The translations under genes were made by a program, and so were the position numbers. Below, piece after piece: positions 1-12,005 of a DNA stretch of 64,000 bases. Source of the stretch: Vicinamibacterales bacterium (GTDB lineage: Bacteria > Acidobacteriota > Vicinamibacteria > Vicinamibacterales > UBA2999); the NCBI GenBank assembly GCA_035711805.1, contig DASTBV010000155.1:68659-132658 (forward strand), written 5' to 3'. The stretch's first letter is position 1; every line of letters begins with the position of its first letter. The notes below the pieces were generated by a model. It saw nothing but the letters and a program-made list of their open reading frames with translations. It was not told the DNA's origin and ran no database searches.

Positions 1-981
1 GCCTACGACCGCGACCTGTTCGCGGGGATCGTCGGCAATTTCGAGGTGCTGTTCTCGAATACGGTCAACGACGTCAACTACTCCAACCTGAATCTCGTGC
101 AGACCGGCACGCGGCCCGACGGCCGGCCTGTGTTCGGCCGCGTGAACAGCACGTTCAGCGACGTGATCCTGCTCCGCAACACGGACCAGGGCGACAACTG
201 GATGGTGACCGGGCAGCTCGAGCGGCGGTTCCGCGACGGCTGGTTCGCCCGTGGTGCCTACTCGTACGGGCGCTCGAACTCGATCAGCGACACGACGAAC
301 AGCACGGCGCGTTCGACGTGGCTCAACGTCTACACGCCTGGAAACATCAACGACGCGCCGCTGGCGGTCTCGAACTTCGACCTGCGGCACCGCCTCGTCC
401 TGAGCGGTTCGTATAACTTCGACGTGAAGGCCGCCAACATCCTGCTGTCGATGTTCTACAGTGGCCAGACCGGCCGTCCCTATTCGTACAACTTCGGTGT
501 CGACGTGAACGCGGACGGCTCGTCGACGAACGATCTGCTGTTCTACCCGACGCAGGACCAGGTCAATATCGTCACGTCCGGGTTCACCTATCAGGACCTG
601 GTGAACTTCGTCGAGGGCGGTGATTGCGACGGCCTCGCTCCGGGCAGCATCGTCGAGCGCAATTCGTGCCGGATGCCGTTCACCCACTCGCTCGACTTCC
701 GCGCCGCGGTGAATGTGGGAATCGGCCGCTTCCGGCCCGAGTTCACGGTTGACGTGATCAATCTTCTGAACCTCTTCGATTCCGAACTCGGGCAGGTCGA
801 ATACACCCCGTTCAGCGACATCCTGGTGACGACGACGAATCCAACCGGGGTGGCGGTCGAAACCGCGGGCAAGTACAACTACAACCTGAGCAACATCACG
901 CGCGGCGCGCAGACTCGCTTCAGCCGCGACGACCTGCGCTCCCGCTGGCAGGCGCAGATCGGAATGCGCGTGCGGTTCTAG
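1..981 (+). CDS. TonB-dependent receptor, C-terminal beta-barrel part (5' end outside window)
   Basis: Frame 1 is open from base 1. The Gly/Asn/Tyr/Ser/Asp-rich sequence looks like beta-strands and ends in ...IGMRVRF, a terminal aromatic typical of OM barrels. It lies next to a tonB-exbBD locus. Confidence 0.8.
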   Translation, partial: AYDRDLFAGIVGNFEVLFSNTVNDVNYSNLNLVQTGTRPDGRPVFGRVNSTFSDVILLRNTDQGDNWMVTGQLERRFRDGWFARGAYSYGRSNSISDTTNSTARSTWLNVYTPGNINDAPLAVSNFDLRHRLVLSGSYNFDVKAANILLSMFYSGQTGRPYSYNFGVDVNADGSSTNDLLFYPTQDQVNIVTSGFTYQDLVNFVEGGDCDGLAPGSIVERNSCRMPFTHSLDFRAAVNVGIGRFRPEFTVDVINLLNLFDSELGQVEYTPFSDILVTTTNPTGVAVETAGKYNYNLSNITRGAQTRFSRDDLRSRWQAQIGMRVRF

Positions 982-992
982 TCACGTTTCGT

Positions 993-1041
993 ACAAAACA
1001 AAAAAGCCGTCCCCCGAAAAAGGGGACGGCTTTTGTTTTGT
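993..1041. terminator. Bidirectional intrinsic terminator between convergent genes
   Basis: 13-bp GC stem AAAAGCCGTCCCC/GGGGACGGCTTTT, flanked by A-run and T-run on both sides. Confidence 0.75.
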
Positions 1042-1055
1042 GCGCTCGTAAGGCT

Positions 1056-1511
1056 TTAGTCCGCGCCGCCGCCCTTGCGCATGCCTTCGGTGACGATGCC
1101 GACCTTTTCGACGCCGGCGCCTTTGGCCGAGTCGATGACCCGGACGATCTCACCGTAGCGCAGCGTGCCGGCGCCGATGATGAACATCGTCTTTTCCTTG
1201 CGCTCCTCGAAGATCTCGCGCAGACGGTTGTCGAGGTCCTGGAGCGTGACCGGCTGGTTGTTGACGGAGATCTGCTTGTCGGCGGAGTAGCTCAACACGA
1301 TCTGCGTATTGACCGTCTCCGTCTGCGGCGTATTGGTCTCCGCCGGCAGATTGACGTCGAGACCGCGCTGCGACAGCGGCAGGGCGGCCATGAAGATGAC
1401 GAGGAGCACGAGCAGCACGTCGATCATCGGCGTGATGTTCATGTCCGCATTGGCCTGCGGAACTTCGGCTTTATAGACGCGTTCGGCGCCGTGATGCTGA
1501 TGGACAGACAT
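1056..1511 (-). CDS. exbD: Biopolymer transporter ExbD/TolR
   Basis: NITPMIDVLLVLLVIFM membrane anchor plus ExbD-like periplasmic domain. Last gene of the tonB-exbB-exbD-exbD operon. Confidence 0.85.
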   Translation of the reverse strand: MSVHQHHGAERVYKAEVPQANADMNITPMIDVLLVLLVIFMAALPLSQRGLDVNLPAETNTPQTETVNTQIVLSYSADKQISVNNQPVTLQDLDNRLREIFEERKEKTMFIIGAGTLRYGEIVRVIDSAKGAGVEKVGIVTEGMRKGGGAD

Positions 1512-1942
1512 TACTCGCCTCCCTGCTGCCCCTGCGTTCGCCGCTCCGTGATCAGGCCCATGTCCTCGATGCCGGCAGCCCGCAGCTCGTCCATCGTGTC
1601 CATCACCGCGCTGTAGGGAACTTCTTGATCAGCCTTGATGATGACGATTTTGTCCGACTTGTCCTCGAGGACAGTCGTAATTCGGCTCTGCAGCTGGCCA
1701 GCGGGAACCGGTACTGCGTTGAGATAGACCGCCTTGGACCTGTCGATCGTCACCACGGTCTGGTCCTGCGTTTCGGGCTTCTCGGAGCTGTTGTCCGCGC
1801 GCGGCAACTCTACCGGAACACCCTGCTGCAGCAGTGGGGCGACGATCATCATGATGATCAGCAGCACCAGCATGACGTCGACGAGCGGCGTCACGTTGAT
1901 GTCCGACTTGATGCCGCTACTGCCGCCAAGTTGCATTGCCAT
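1511..1942 (-). CDS. exbD: Biopolymer transporter ExbD/TolR (second paralog)
   Basis: INVTPLVDVMLVLLIIMMI anchor. Its stop overlaps the start of the downstream exbD. Confidence 0.85.
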   Translation of the reverse strand: MAMQLGGSSGIKSDINVTPLVDVMLVLLIIMMIVAPLLQQGVPVELPRADNSSEKPETQDQTVVTIDRSKAVYLNAVPVPAGQLQSRITTVLEDKSDKIVIIKADQEVPYSAVMDTMDELRAAGIEDMGLITERRTQGQQGGE

Positions 1943-1984
1943 GATTGAAACTCCGTTCGGATCGTTCGAGTCGTTCGAACCGTT

Positions 1985-2767
1985 CTACGCCGTCTTCTTG
2001 ATGAAATAGTCGACGAGCTCCGACGAGGAGTTGTCCATTTCGACGTTGAAGTATTCGAGGCGGCTGGTCAGGTAGTTGTAGAACCACACCGCCGGAATCG
2101 CGACGAAGAGACCAAGCGCCGTTTCGACGAGCGCTTCGGAAATACCGGCCGATACGGCGCCGATACCGCCCGACCCGGTCGAGGCGATGCCGACGAACGC
2201 GTTGATGACGCCGACGACGGTGCCGAGCAGTCCGACGAACGGCGCGGTCGAACCGATCGTGGCCAGCGTGCTGACGCCCTTCTTCAGGTCCGACGCCGTC
2301 AGCGCGGTGGCGCGCTGAATCGAGCGGCGCACGGTGTCCAGAACGTCGTCGCGGTTCAGGTTATGACCGGTTTCCTGCTGGAACTGGTATTCCTGCAGAC
2401 CCGCCAGCACGACCTTGGCGAGATGGCTGTAGCGGTAATCCTTCGACGCCGACAGCGCGATGGCCTCCTTCAGGCGGCCGTCCTTGAGGTGCTTGGCCAC
2501 CTGCGGCGCGTACATCTTGGACTGCTTGCGCGCCTGGCTGAAGGTGTAGATCCGCTCGATCGCCACGCCGACGGACAGAAACGACATGATGAGGAGCACG
2601 ATGGCAACGCCCCACGCCGTCGGACCCATCGTTCGGAACATCTCGATGACGTCCAGACCAGCGGCGGCTTCGGCCGCTTCCTCCTGCGCGAACGCTGACG
2701 CGCTGAACGCGACCAGCAGGAGGACGCCGAACGCGACCTGCCAAATACGACGCTTGTCTCCAACCAT
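1985..2767 (-). CDS. exbB: MotA/TolQ/ExbB proton channel protein
   Basis: Three TM segments and a TIGSTAPFVGLLGTVVGVINAF motif typical of ExbB/TolQ. Confidence 0.85.
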   Translation of the reverse strand: MVGDKRRIWQVAFGVLLLVAFSASAFAQEEAAEAAAGLDVIEMFRTMGPTAWGVAIVLLIMSFLSVGVAIERIYTFSQARKQSKMYAPQVAKHLKDGRLKEAIALSASKDYRYSHLAKVVLAGLQEYQFQQETGHNLNRDDVLDTVRRSIQRATALTASDLKKGVSTLATIGSTAPFVGLLGTVVGVINAFVGIASTGSGGIGAVSAGISEALVETALGLFVAIPAVWFYNYLTSRLEYFNVEMDNSSSELVDYFIKKTA

Positions 2768-2792
2768 TACTGCACTCCTCTACATTTCGTAA

Positions 2793-2822
2793 CGTGGCTT
2801 CCGCCGTAAGGCGGAAGCCACG
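2793..2822 (-). other. Intercistronic 13-bp perfect stem-loop between tonB and exbB
   Basis: CGTGGCTTCCGCC-GTAA-GGCGGAAGCCACG. No U-tract follows on the coding (minus) strand. Confidence 0.5.
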
Positions 2823-2867
2823 GGACCCGTAAAAAAATCGCTGCTATTCCGCGAGGTTTCGAACCAA

Positions 2868-3593
2868 TTAATTCAAAGTAAACGTCACCGTCACCGTCAT
2901 GATGACCGGCGTAGGCACGTTGTTCAGCATCGTGGGCGTGTACTCCCACTGCCGCACAGCGTCGACGGCCGCCTGGTCGAGCAGCGGAATCGACCGCAGC
3001 ACCTTCACGTCCTTGACCTTGCCGTCAACGCCGATCGTCGCTTCCAGGATGACGACGCCCGAGACGCGCGCCGACTGGGCGATCTGCGGGTAGGTCGGAT
3101 TCACCTTCTTGATCTGCGTTGGGGCTCTGATCTGGCCACCGACACGCACCGGCTGGGCCGGCGGCGGTGGAGGAGGCGGTGGCGGCGCGTCCGGAAGGCC
3201 ACCGACGACACCGCCGGGGACGCCGCCGGGTATGCCGCCTTCGACGCCAACGTTTCGCTCGAAGCTGGTGTCGACCGGAACCTCAGGCTTGATTTCCTTC
3301 GGAGGCTCGATCGGCGCCGCGTTCGGATTCACCTCGACGGGCCGTGGCGCCTGCGCTTGCGGCGGCGGCGGCGGCGGCGGCGGTGGGGGCGGCGGCGGCG
3401 GGGCCGCGACCGCAAAAGCCATCATGGTCGGAGGCGACGGGAGCACATCCGCCGCCATGAGCGGCACGATAACGATGAGCGCGACGACGATACCTTCAAT
3501 GAGCATCGTCATGGCGACCGAGGCGCCCTGCTTGCTACCCATCTTGATCGACGGGTCGACAATGTCGCCGAACATCCGTTCTTCGCGTGGCAC
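2868..3593 (-). CDS. tonB: Energy transducer TonB (Pro-rich spacer, TonB_C domain)
   Basis: N-terminal anchor, runs of 15 and 9 prolines, and C-terminal VNPTYPQIAQSARVSGVVILEATIGVDGKV. GTG start preceded by AGGAGGAAG. Confidence 0.85.
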   Translation of the reverse strand: MPREERMFGDIVDPSIKMGSKQGASVAMTMLIEGIVVALIVIVPLMAADVLPSPPTMMAFAVAAPPPPPPPPPPPPPPQAQAPRPVEVNPNAAPIEPPKEIKPEVPVDTSFERNVGVEGGIPGGVPGGVVGGLPDAPPPPPPPPPAQPVRVGGQIRAPTQIKKVNPTYPQIAQSARVSGVVILEATIGVDGKVKDVKVLRSIPLLDQAAVDAVRQWEYTPTMLNNVPTPVIMTVTVTFTLN

Positions 3594-3640
3594 CGGGTTC
3601 TTCCTCCTGCAGCCTTACGTACCCGCCGGCAGAGCGGCCG

Positions 3641-3670
3641 ATTATAGCTACCCCAAAAAAATAGTGTCAA
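3641..3670 (-). promoter_or_regulatory. Sigma70-type promoter for the tonB operon
   Basis: The minus strand reads TTGACA-N18-TATAAT, about 45 nt upstream of the tonB start. Confidence 0.6.
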
Positions 3671-3837
3671 CGAACGTCGGACTATTCCGCGCCGGAACTC
3701 CGACGTGGGTTTAGACCCCAGACGCCCGAAAAGGCTCCGGCGCCTGTTTACAGGCTGGTGACCCGCCAGCCGGACAGAAGGGCGATTCTATATGCACTTG
3801 CCCCTCGCGCAACCCTCTTAAGTGCCTGCCCCGGCCG

Positions 3838-6330
3838 TCAGTGCGCAACGGCCCCGATTCGCATCCCGTAAAACGACCGGTAGACGAAGAACAGCGAGAC
3901 GGCGAAGAAGGCGGCCGCCAGGCCGAGGCTGACCGTCGACCCCATGCTCGCGCTGAGATTGACAGCCAGCGACACCGCCAGCACGCCGAAAAGCGTCGTG
4001 AACTTGATGATCGGGTTGAGCGCCACGGACGAGGTGTCCTTGAACGGATCGCCCACCGTGTCGCCGACGACCGTCGCCGCATGCAGCGGCGTGTTCTTCA
4101 TCTTCAGCTCGGTCTCGACGATCTTCTTGGCATTATCCCAGGCGCCACCGGCGTTCGCCATGAACACCGCCTGATACAAGCCGAACAGGGCGATAGAGAT
4201 GAGGTAGCCGATGAAGAAGTAGGGCTCGACGAACGCAAACGCCAGCGTTGAAAAGAAGACGGTCAGGAAGATGTTGAACATCCCCTTCTGCGCATACTGC
4301 GTGCAGATCTCAACGACCTTCTTGCTGTCCGCGACCGATGCCTTCTCGACGCCGTCCAGCTTGATGTTCGCTTTGATGAACTCCACGGCGCGGTACGCCC
4401 CGGTCGTCACCGCCTGCGTCGATGCGCCGGTGAACCAGTAGATAATCGCGCCGCCCGTAATCAGCCCGAGCAGGAACGGCGCGTGGAGCAGCGACAAGTT
4501 CACCACCAGCTCCGGTTGGAGCCCCTCGGTCAGCGCGATGATGATCGAAAAGATCATCGTCGTCGCGCCGACCACGGCGGTCCCGATCAGCACCGGCTTG
4601 GCCGTCGCCTTGAACGTGTTGCCGGCGCCGTCGTTCTCCTCGAGCAGCGCCTTGGCCTTCTCGAACTGGACGTTGATGCCGAAGTCCTTCTTGATCTCCT
4701 GCTGGATCCCCGGAATCCCTTCGATGACCGACAACTCGTAGACCGACTGCGCGTTGTCGGTGACCGGGCCGTAGGAGTCGACGGCAATCGTCACCGGACC
4801 CATGCCGAGGAAGCCGAACGCCACCAGGCCGAACGCAAACACCGCCGGCGCGAGCATCAGATCCGACATCGACGTGCCCATCGTGCTGACCAGGAATGCG
4901 ATCGTCATCAGCGTGACGATGCTGAGGCCGATCCAATAGGCGCTGAAGTTACCGGCGACAAATCCGGAGAGGATGTTCAGCGATGGGCCGCCTTCACGCG
5001 ATGAGGTCACCACTTCCTTGACGTGGCTCGATTCGACCGACGTGAACACCTTGACCAGCTCCGGAATGATGGCGCCGGCCAGCGTGCCGCAGGTGATGAT
5101 CGACGACAGCTTCCACCACAGTGTGCCGTCGCCGAGGTCGGGGATCAGGAGGTACGAGACGATGTAGGTCGCGATGACGGACACGATCGACGTCAGCCAC
5201 ACCAGCGTGGTCAGCGGCGCCTCGAAGTTCATCCGGGCCACATTCCCGTATCGCGCCTTGGCCAGCGTCTCGTTGATCATGTAGGACAGGCCGCTGGCGA
5301 TGATCATCACCACGCGCATGGCGAACAGCCAGACCAGCAGCTTGACCTGGATCGGCTGGCTGGTGACGGCTTCCATGATGAACGTGATCAGCGCGACACC
5401 GGTCACGCCGTAGGTCTCGAACCCGTCGGCGCTCGGGCCAACCGAGTCGCCGGCGTTGTCACCTGTGCAGTCCGCGATCACGCCCGGGTTCCGCGCGTCG
5501 TCTTCCTTGATGTTGAACACTATCTTCATCAAGTCCGAGCCGATGTCGGCGATCTTGGTGAAAATGCCGCCGGCGATGCGCAGCGCCGCGGCGCCCAGCG
5601 ACTCGCCGATGGCGAAGCCGATGAAGCACGGGCCGGCGTAGTCGCCGGGGATGAAGAGCAGGATCGCCAGCATGATCAGCAGCTCGACGCTGATGAGCAG
5701 CATGCCGATGCTCATGCCGGCCTTGAGCGGAATGGCGTAAACCGGGAACGCCTTGCCCTCGAGGCTGGCAAACGCCGCGCGCGAGTTGGCGTAGGTGTTG
5801 ACCCGGATGCCGAACCACGCCACGGCGTAGCTGCCGAGGATACCGACGATGCTGAAGAGCAGGATGATGACGACGCGCATCGGCTCGAGATCCGTCAGCA
5901 CGCCGAAATAGAGCACGATGACCACGGCGATGAAGATCTCGAGAATGGCGATGAACTTGCCCTGCGTGATGAGATAGGTCTTACAGGTCTCGTAAATCAG
6001 CGCGGAGACCTCCGCCATCGATCGATGCACCGGCAGGTTCTTCAGCTGATTGAGGATGACCAGTCCGAACAGCACGCCCAGGAACGACACCAGCAGGCCG
6101 CCCATCAGCAGCGACCGCCCGCTGTAGCCGCCGACGTCGGTGAGATCGAGATCGGGAAGGACGATATTGACCTCGCCACCGGAATGGGTGGCCTCCGCCT
6201 CGCCCTGCGCCGCAACCTGCTCGGGCTGCTGCGCGAACACGGCCGCAGGCGCGCCGATGGCGATCAGCATCGCGAATACCATCGCGACCACCTGCAGGCG
6301 GCGGAATCCCTTCAACGAGAACCTCATCAC
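3838..6330 (-). CDS. hppA: Membrane-bound H+-translocating pyrophosphatase
   Basis: Polytopic 830-aa protein with GDNAGD and GDTVGDPFKDT motifs. It has an extra N-terminal signal-like segment. Confidence 0.93.
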   Translation of the reverse strand: MMRFSLKGFRRLQVVAMVFAMLIAIGAPAAVFAQQPEQVAAQGEAEATHSGGEVNIVLPDLDLTDVGGYSGRSLLMGGLLVSFLGVLFGLVILNQLKNLPVHRSMAEVSALIYETCKTYLITQGKFIAILEIFIAVVIVLYFGVLTDLEPMRVVIILLFSIVGILGSYAVAWFGIRVNTYANSRAAFASLEGKAFPVYAIPLKAGMSIGMLLISVELLIMLAILLFIPGDYAGPCFIGFAIGESLGAAALRIAGGIFTKIADIGSDLMKIVFNIKEDDARNPGVIADCTGDNAGDSVGPSADGFETYGVTGVALITFIMEAVTSQPIQVKLLVWLFAMRVVMIIASGLSYMINETLAKARYGNVARMNFEAPLTTLVWLTSIVSVIATYIVSYLLIPDLGDGTLWWKLSSIITCGTLAGAIIPELVKVFTSVESSHVKEVVTSSREGGPSLNILSGFVAGNFSAYWIGLSIVTLMTIAFLVSTMGTSMSDLMLAPAVFAFGLVAFGFLGMGPVTIAVDSYGPVTDNAQSVYELSVIEGIPGIQQEIKKDFGINVQFEKAKALLEENDGAGNTFKATAKPVLIGTAVVGATTMIFSIIIALTEGLQPELVVNLSLLHAPFLLGLITGGAIIYWFTGASTQAVTTGAYRAVEFIKANIKLDGVEKASVADSKKVVEICTQYAQKGMFNIFLTVFFSTLAFAFVEPYFFIGYLISIALFGLYQAVFMANAGGAWDNAKKIVETELKMKNTPLHAATVVGDTVGDPFKDTSSVALNPIIKFTTLFGVLAVSLAVNLSASMGSTVSLGLAAAFFAVSLFFVYRSFYGMRIGAVAH

Positions 6331-6348
6331 ACTTATGCTCCTTTGTCG

Positions 6349-6993
6349 CTATTTCCTGGGTGCTAGACGGCCCGGCAGTGACATCCCGCCGGTCAGAAAG
6401 ATGCGGATGCCCTCCTGCACCGAGAGGTCGGGGAAGAGCGCCCGCTCGCGCGGATACAGGACGATGTCTCCGAGATAGAGATGGTTCGTCGGCACGTACA
6501 CTGCCATCATCGATTCGGCGCCGGCGCCGCGATCCACGGTGAACTCCTTCGTCAGAAAACCCATCACCCAACCACGGTGCGGGTCTTCCACCATGACAAC
6601 ACGCTTGAACCCGGACTCGTTGTCCGGCGAGAACGCCACGACCAGCTGCTTGACCGGTGCGTAAATGGTCCGGAAGACCGGGATCTTCATCAGCCAGCGC
6701 TCGCCGCGGTTCAGCAGGCGCTGTCCGATGACGTTGGTGGCGACCACTCCCACCGCGAGCACCACAGCTACCGTTCCGAGAAAACCGACCGCGCTGACGA
6801 TCAGCCGCTCGGCTCCTTCGGGGTCATGTCCGAGTACCGTGGCGGCTACCCTGGCCACCAGCGGGGCCGTCAAACCGTCAATGATACCGAAGATCCACAC
6901 CAGGGCGAAGACACTGATGATCAGCGGAACGCTGACGAAGAATCCCGTCAGCAGGCGCCGCCGCAGCCACGGAATCAGAGCCACTGCGCCCAC
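6349..6993 (-). CDS. DUF502 family membrane protein
   Basis: N-terminal LTGFFVSVPLIISVFALVWIFGIIDG and the overall DUF502 layout. Confidence 0.75.
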   Translation of the reverse strand: MGAVALIPWLRRRLLTGFFVSVPLIISVFALVWIFGIIDGLTAPLVARVAATVLGHDPEGAERLIVSAVGFLGTVAVVLAVGVVATNVIGQRLLNRGERWLMKIPVFRTIYAPVKQLVVAFSPDNESGFKRVVMVEDPHRGWVMGFLTKEFTVDRGAGAESMMAVYVPTNHLYLGDIVLYPRERALFPDLSVQEGIRIFLTGGMSLPGRLAPRK

Positions 6994-7793
6994 ATCGCGA
7001 CGAGAATCAGCACGCCGGCCCCAATCCGGTACCAGGCAAACGGGGCGAAACCCGACCGGCTCACGTAACGCAGAAACGGCTTCACGACGAGCGCGGCGGC
7101 GATAAACGCCGCCACGAAACCGATGGCGATTTCCGCGGCGCGTTCAGGCGCAAGGTGGCCGCGGACTTCCCACAGGTCGTGCACGAACGCACCGGCCATC
7201 GTTGGCATGGCAAGGAAGAACGAGAATTCCGCCGCCGCCGCACGATCGAGGCGCATCAGCAGGCCGCCGACAATCGTCGCGCCCGACCGTGACACACCGG
7301 GAATCACCGCCACCGCCTGCGCCAGGCCGATGCCCAGCGCGCGCGACACCGGTGTCCGGTCCGCCTCGACGACGACGGGCAGGGGGCGAAAACGCTCGAC
7401 GATCAGCATCACGACGCCGCCGATGATAAAGGCCGCCGCTATCACCCCGAGTGCCGGGCTCCCGCTGCCGGTGTCGTAGAGGCGATTCTTCACGGCATCG
7501 GCGAACAACACACCCGCGGCGGCCGCGGGCAGAAACGCCACCACGATGGCAGCCGCGAACCGCCTCGCGGCGGGGTCGGATGGCAACCGCGAGAGGACCT
7601 GCGCGATCTTGCCGCGATACAGCCACATCACCGCCAGGACCGCTCCCAGCTGAATCATGACGGTGAACACGCCCCCGGGATCCTCGAAGCCGAGCCACTC
7701 CTCGGCGATCAGCAGATGCGCCGTCGAGGAGATCGGCAGAAACTCGGTCAGCCCTTGAATGACGCCCAGGATGGCGGCGGTGAGATACGTCAC
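6975..7793 (-). CDS. uppP: Undecaprenyl-diphosphate phosphatase
   Basis: GLTEFLPISSTAHL and PGVSRSG motifs in an 8-TM-like profile. Confidence 0.9.
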   Translation of the reverse strand: MTYLTAAILGVIQGLTEFLPISSTAHLLIAEEWLGFEDPGGVFTVMIQLGAVLAVMWLYRGKIAQVLSRLPSDPAARRFAAAIVVAFLPAAAAGVLFADAVKNRLYDTGSGSPALGVIAAAFIIGGVVMLIVERFRPLPVVVEADRTPVSRALGIGLAQAVAVIPGVSRSGATIVGGLLMRLDRAAAAEFSFFLAMPTMAGAFVHDLWEVRGHLAPERAAEIAIGFVAAFIAAALVVKPFLRYVSRSGFAPFAWYRIGAGVLILVAMWAQWL

Positions 7794-7808
7794 CGCCGCG
7801 TCCGGAGA

Positions 7809-8768
7809 CTACGACGCGCGCGCACGGCGGGGCTTGCGCCCCTTGTCCTGTGCGGGCGCCGACGGCGGCTCCGCCAACGCTGCAGTGCGTCGGCGTCCCC
7901 GGCTCAGGATGATGGCAATCGCCGAAGCGATGAAGACCGTCGAATAGGTGCCGCTGACGATCCCGACCAGCATCGTGAACGAGAAGCCGCGCAGCGCCTC
8001 GCCGCCGAACAGGAACAGCGCGAGCACGGACATAAACGTGGTGCCGGCGGTGATGATCGTGCGCGACAGCGTCTGGTTGACGCTGATATTGACGACCTCT
8101 TCGAGCGGCTGCCGCCGCATCGACCGCAAGTTCTCGCGGACGCGGTCGAAGATCACGATCGTGTCGTTGACGGAATAGCCGGTGATCGTCAGCAGCGCCG
8201 CGACGACGTTGAGCGACAGGTCGTAGCCGAAGAACGCGAGAAACGCCAGGGTGACGAAGACGTCGTGGAACGTCGCGGCAATGGCGCCGACGGCAAACGA
8301 TGGCCTGAACCGAATCGCGATGTAGACCGTGATGGCCAGAATCGAGGCCAGGGTCGCGTACAGGCCGCGGCGCTGCAGGTCCTCGCCGATCACCGCGCTG
8401 ACCAGATCGCGCCCCACGATCGTCGTCTTCAGACCCGCGGAGGCCAGCGTCTGCTCGACCTGCTGTGCCTGCGCTTCGACAGTCGTTCCTCCTTCGGGCC
8501 GAGGCAGTCGCACGAGGATTTGCCCCTTCGACGGATCGTCGTACTGCTGAATGACCTTGTCGCCGGGGATGGCATCGAGCGCGCGCCGGATCTCCGCTTC
8601 GGACGCCCCCTGAATGATGAACGCCGTCCCGCCGGAGAAGTCGATTCCGAGCGGAAGCCCCTTCGTGGCGATCATGTAGCCGCCGGCGGCGATGACGAGC
8701 AGCGACAGTGTGATGGCGTGCCAGCGCCAGCGCAGGAAATTGAAATTCGCGTTGGTAAAAATCTGCAT
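7809..8768 (-). CDS. secF: Protein translocase subunit SecF
   Basis: FDFLRWR-type N-terminus and an RND-like TM bundle. It follows secD. Confidence 0.92.
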   Translation of the reverse strand: MQIFTNANFNFLRWRWHAITLSLLVIAAGGYMIATKGLPLGIDFSGGTAFIIQGASEAEIRRALDAIPGDKVIQQYDDPSKGQILVRLPRPEGGTTVEAQAQQVEQTLASAGLKTTIVGRDLVSAVIGEDLQRRGLYATLASILAITVYIAIRFRPSFAVGAIAATFHDVFVTLAFLAFFGYDLSLNVVAALLTITGYSVNDTIVIFDRVRENLRSMRRQPLEEVVNISVNQTLSRTIITAGTTFMSVLALFLFGGEALRGFSFTMLVGIVSGTYSTVFIASAIAIILSRGRRRTAALAEPPSAPAQDKGRKPRRARAS

Positions 8769-8775
8769 ATGACGC

Positions 8776-10332
8776 CTAGATGCTGATGGTCTGAACCTGA
8801 CGGCGGCGCGACAGCACCAGCTCGAAAACCGTTCGCGACACGAAAACTGCGGTGAAGACGTTCGACAGCAGCCCGATGGTCAACGTCGTGGCAAAGCCAC
8901 GAATCGGGCCCGTGCCGAACTGGAAGAGGAAGGCCGCGGCGATCAGCGAGGCGACGTGCGTGTCGACGATCGTCCACCATACGCGGTCGAAGCCGGCGTT
9001 GACCGCGGCCCGCGCGGCTTTCCCCCCGGCCAGTTCCTCCTTGATGCGCTCGAAGATCAGGACGTTCGAGTCGACGCCCATACCGATCGTGAGGATGAAT
9101 CCCGCAATGCCCGGCAGCGTCATCGTCGCGCCGAGATACGCCATCATGCCGAGCAGGATCAGCAGGTTGACGACAATCGAGATGATGGCATTCAGCCCGG
9201 TGAGACGGTAGTAGACGAGCATGAACAGGACGACCATGCCGAGGCCGCCGAGCGACGCCAGCACGCCGGCCTCGATCGACTCGCGCCCGAGCGACGGGCC
9301 GACCGTCCGTTCCTCTTCGTAGGTCAGGCTCGCCGGCAGCGCACCGGATTTCAGCGTGATGACGAGATCGGCCATCTCCTCGCGGCTGATCCCGTAGATC
9401 TGACCGTTGTCCGTAATACGGCCCTGGATGTTCGCCACCGACATCACGCGCTCGTCGAGGACGACGCCGAGCGGCTTGCCCAGATTGGCCTGGGTGAAAT
9501 TGCCAAAGCGCTGAGCGGCGTCCTGCTTGAGGGTGAACTGCACCGCCGGACGGTTGAACTGATCGAGTCCCGGCGACGCGCTGCGGAGCTCGTTCCCCGA
9601 CACGACCGACACTTTCTTGACGGCGTAGTACACGGTTCCCGCAGTGCCCGCTGTGCCGGTTCCTTCGAGGCGGCCGGGCAGCACCTCGACGTCCGATGGC
9701 AGCGCGTTGTTGTAGGCCTGCATGGCGGCTTCGCGCGTCGGGAACGGTGTCGGATTGTCAACCAGCCGGAACTGCAGCTGCGCGGTCGCGCGGATGACCT
9801 GCTTCGCGCGCTGGACCTCGGTGACGCCGGGCAGCTGGACGAGGATCTGATCGCGACCGCTGTAGCGGGCGACGACCGGCTCGGCCACGCCAAGCTCGTT
9901 GACCCGGCGCTCGATCGTCTGCAGCGCCTGCGTCACCGCTTCGTCGCGGAGCTGATTCGCGATGTTCGGCTTGATTTTGAAGGTGTAAACCCCGCCCGTC
10001 GAGTCGCGATCGAACGTCGCTTCGGCGTCTGCCGTCGCCGTGCGGAGGCCGGCATCGTCGGTAACCCCCGAGATGCGGAACTGATCCGGGGCGGTCACGT
10101 CGATGCTGGTGAACGCGACGCCGTTGCGCGTCAACGTGTCGCGAAGCCGCTCGGACGTAATCTCGCTCTCGCTCCGGAGGGCGTCGTCCGTCTGCACCCG
10201 CAGGACCAGGTGCACGCCGCCTTTCAGATCGAGGCCCAGGTTGATTTTCTTGTCTGGCGGGTAGAAGGCCAGGACCGACAGGCCAACGACCAGCGCGGTC
10301 AGCGTCAGTCTCCACCGAACGTTCTTCATCAT
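8776..10332 (-). CDS. secD: Protein translocase subunit SecD
   Basis: LGLDLKGGVHLVL motif, a large periplasmic domain and a C-terminal 6-TM domain. Confidence 0.92.
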   Translation of the reverse strand: MMKNVRWRLTLTALVVGLSVLAFYPPDKKINLGLDLKGGVHLVLRVQTDDALRSESEITSERLRDTLTRNGVAFTSIDVTAPDQFRISGVTDDAGLRTATADAEATFDRDSTGGVYTFKIKPNIANQLRDEAVTQALQTIERRVNELGVAEPVVARYSGRDQILVQLPGVTEVQRAKQVIRATAQLQFRLVDNPTPFPTREAAMQAYNNALPSDVEVLPGRLEGTGTAGTAGTVYYAVKKVSVVSGNELRSASPGLDQFNRPAVQFTLKQDAAQRFGNFTQANLGKPLGVVLDERVMSVANIQGRITDNGQIYGISREEMADLVITLKSGALPASLTYEEERTVGPSLGRESIEAGVLASLGGLGMVVLFMLVYYRLTGLNAIISIVVNLLILLGMMAYLGATMTLPGIAGFILTIGMGVDSNVLIFERIKEELAGGKAARAAVNAGFDRVWWTIVDTHVASLIAAAFLFQFGTGPIRGFATTLTIGLLSNVFTAVFVSRTVFELVLSRRRQVQTISI

Positions 10333-10352
10333 GGGCGAACTACTCTGATTTC

Positions 10353-11956
<1,604 letters not shown>

Positions 11957-12005
11957 TTAGCCGGATTCGTACGTCCGCCTGTAGGCGGACCTATTATTAG
12001 TACGC

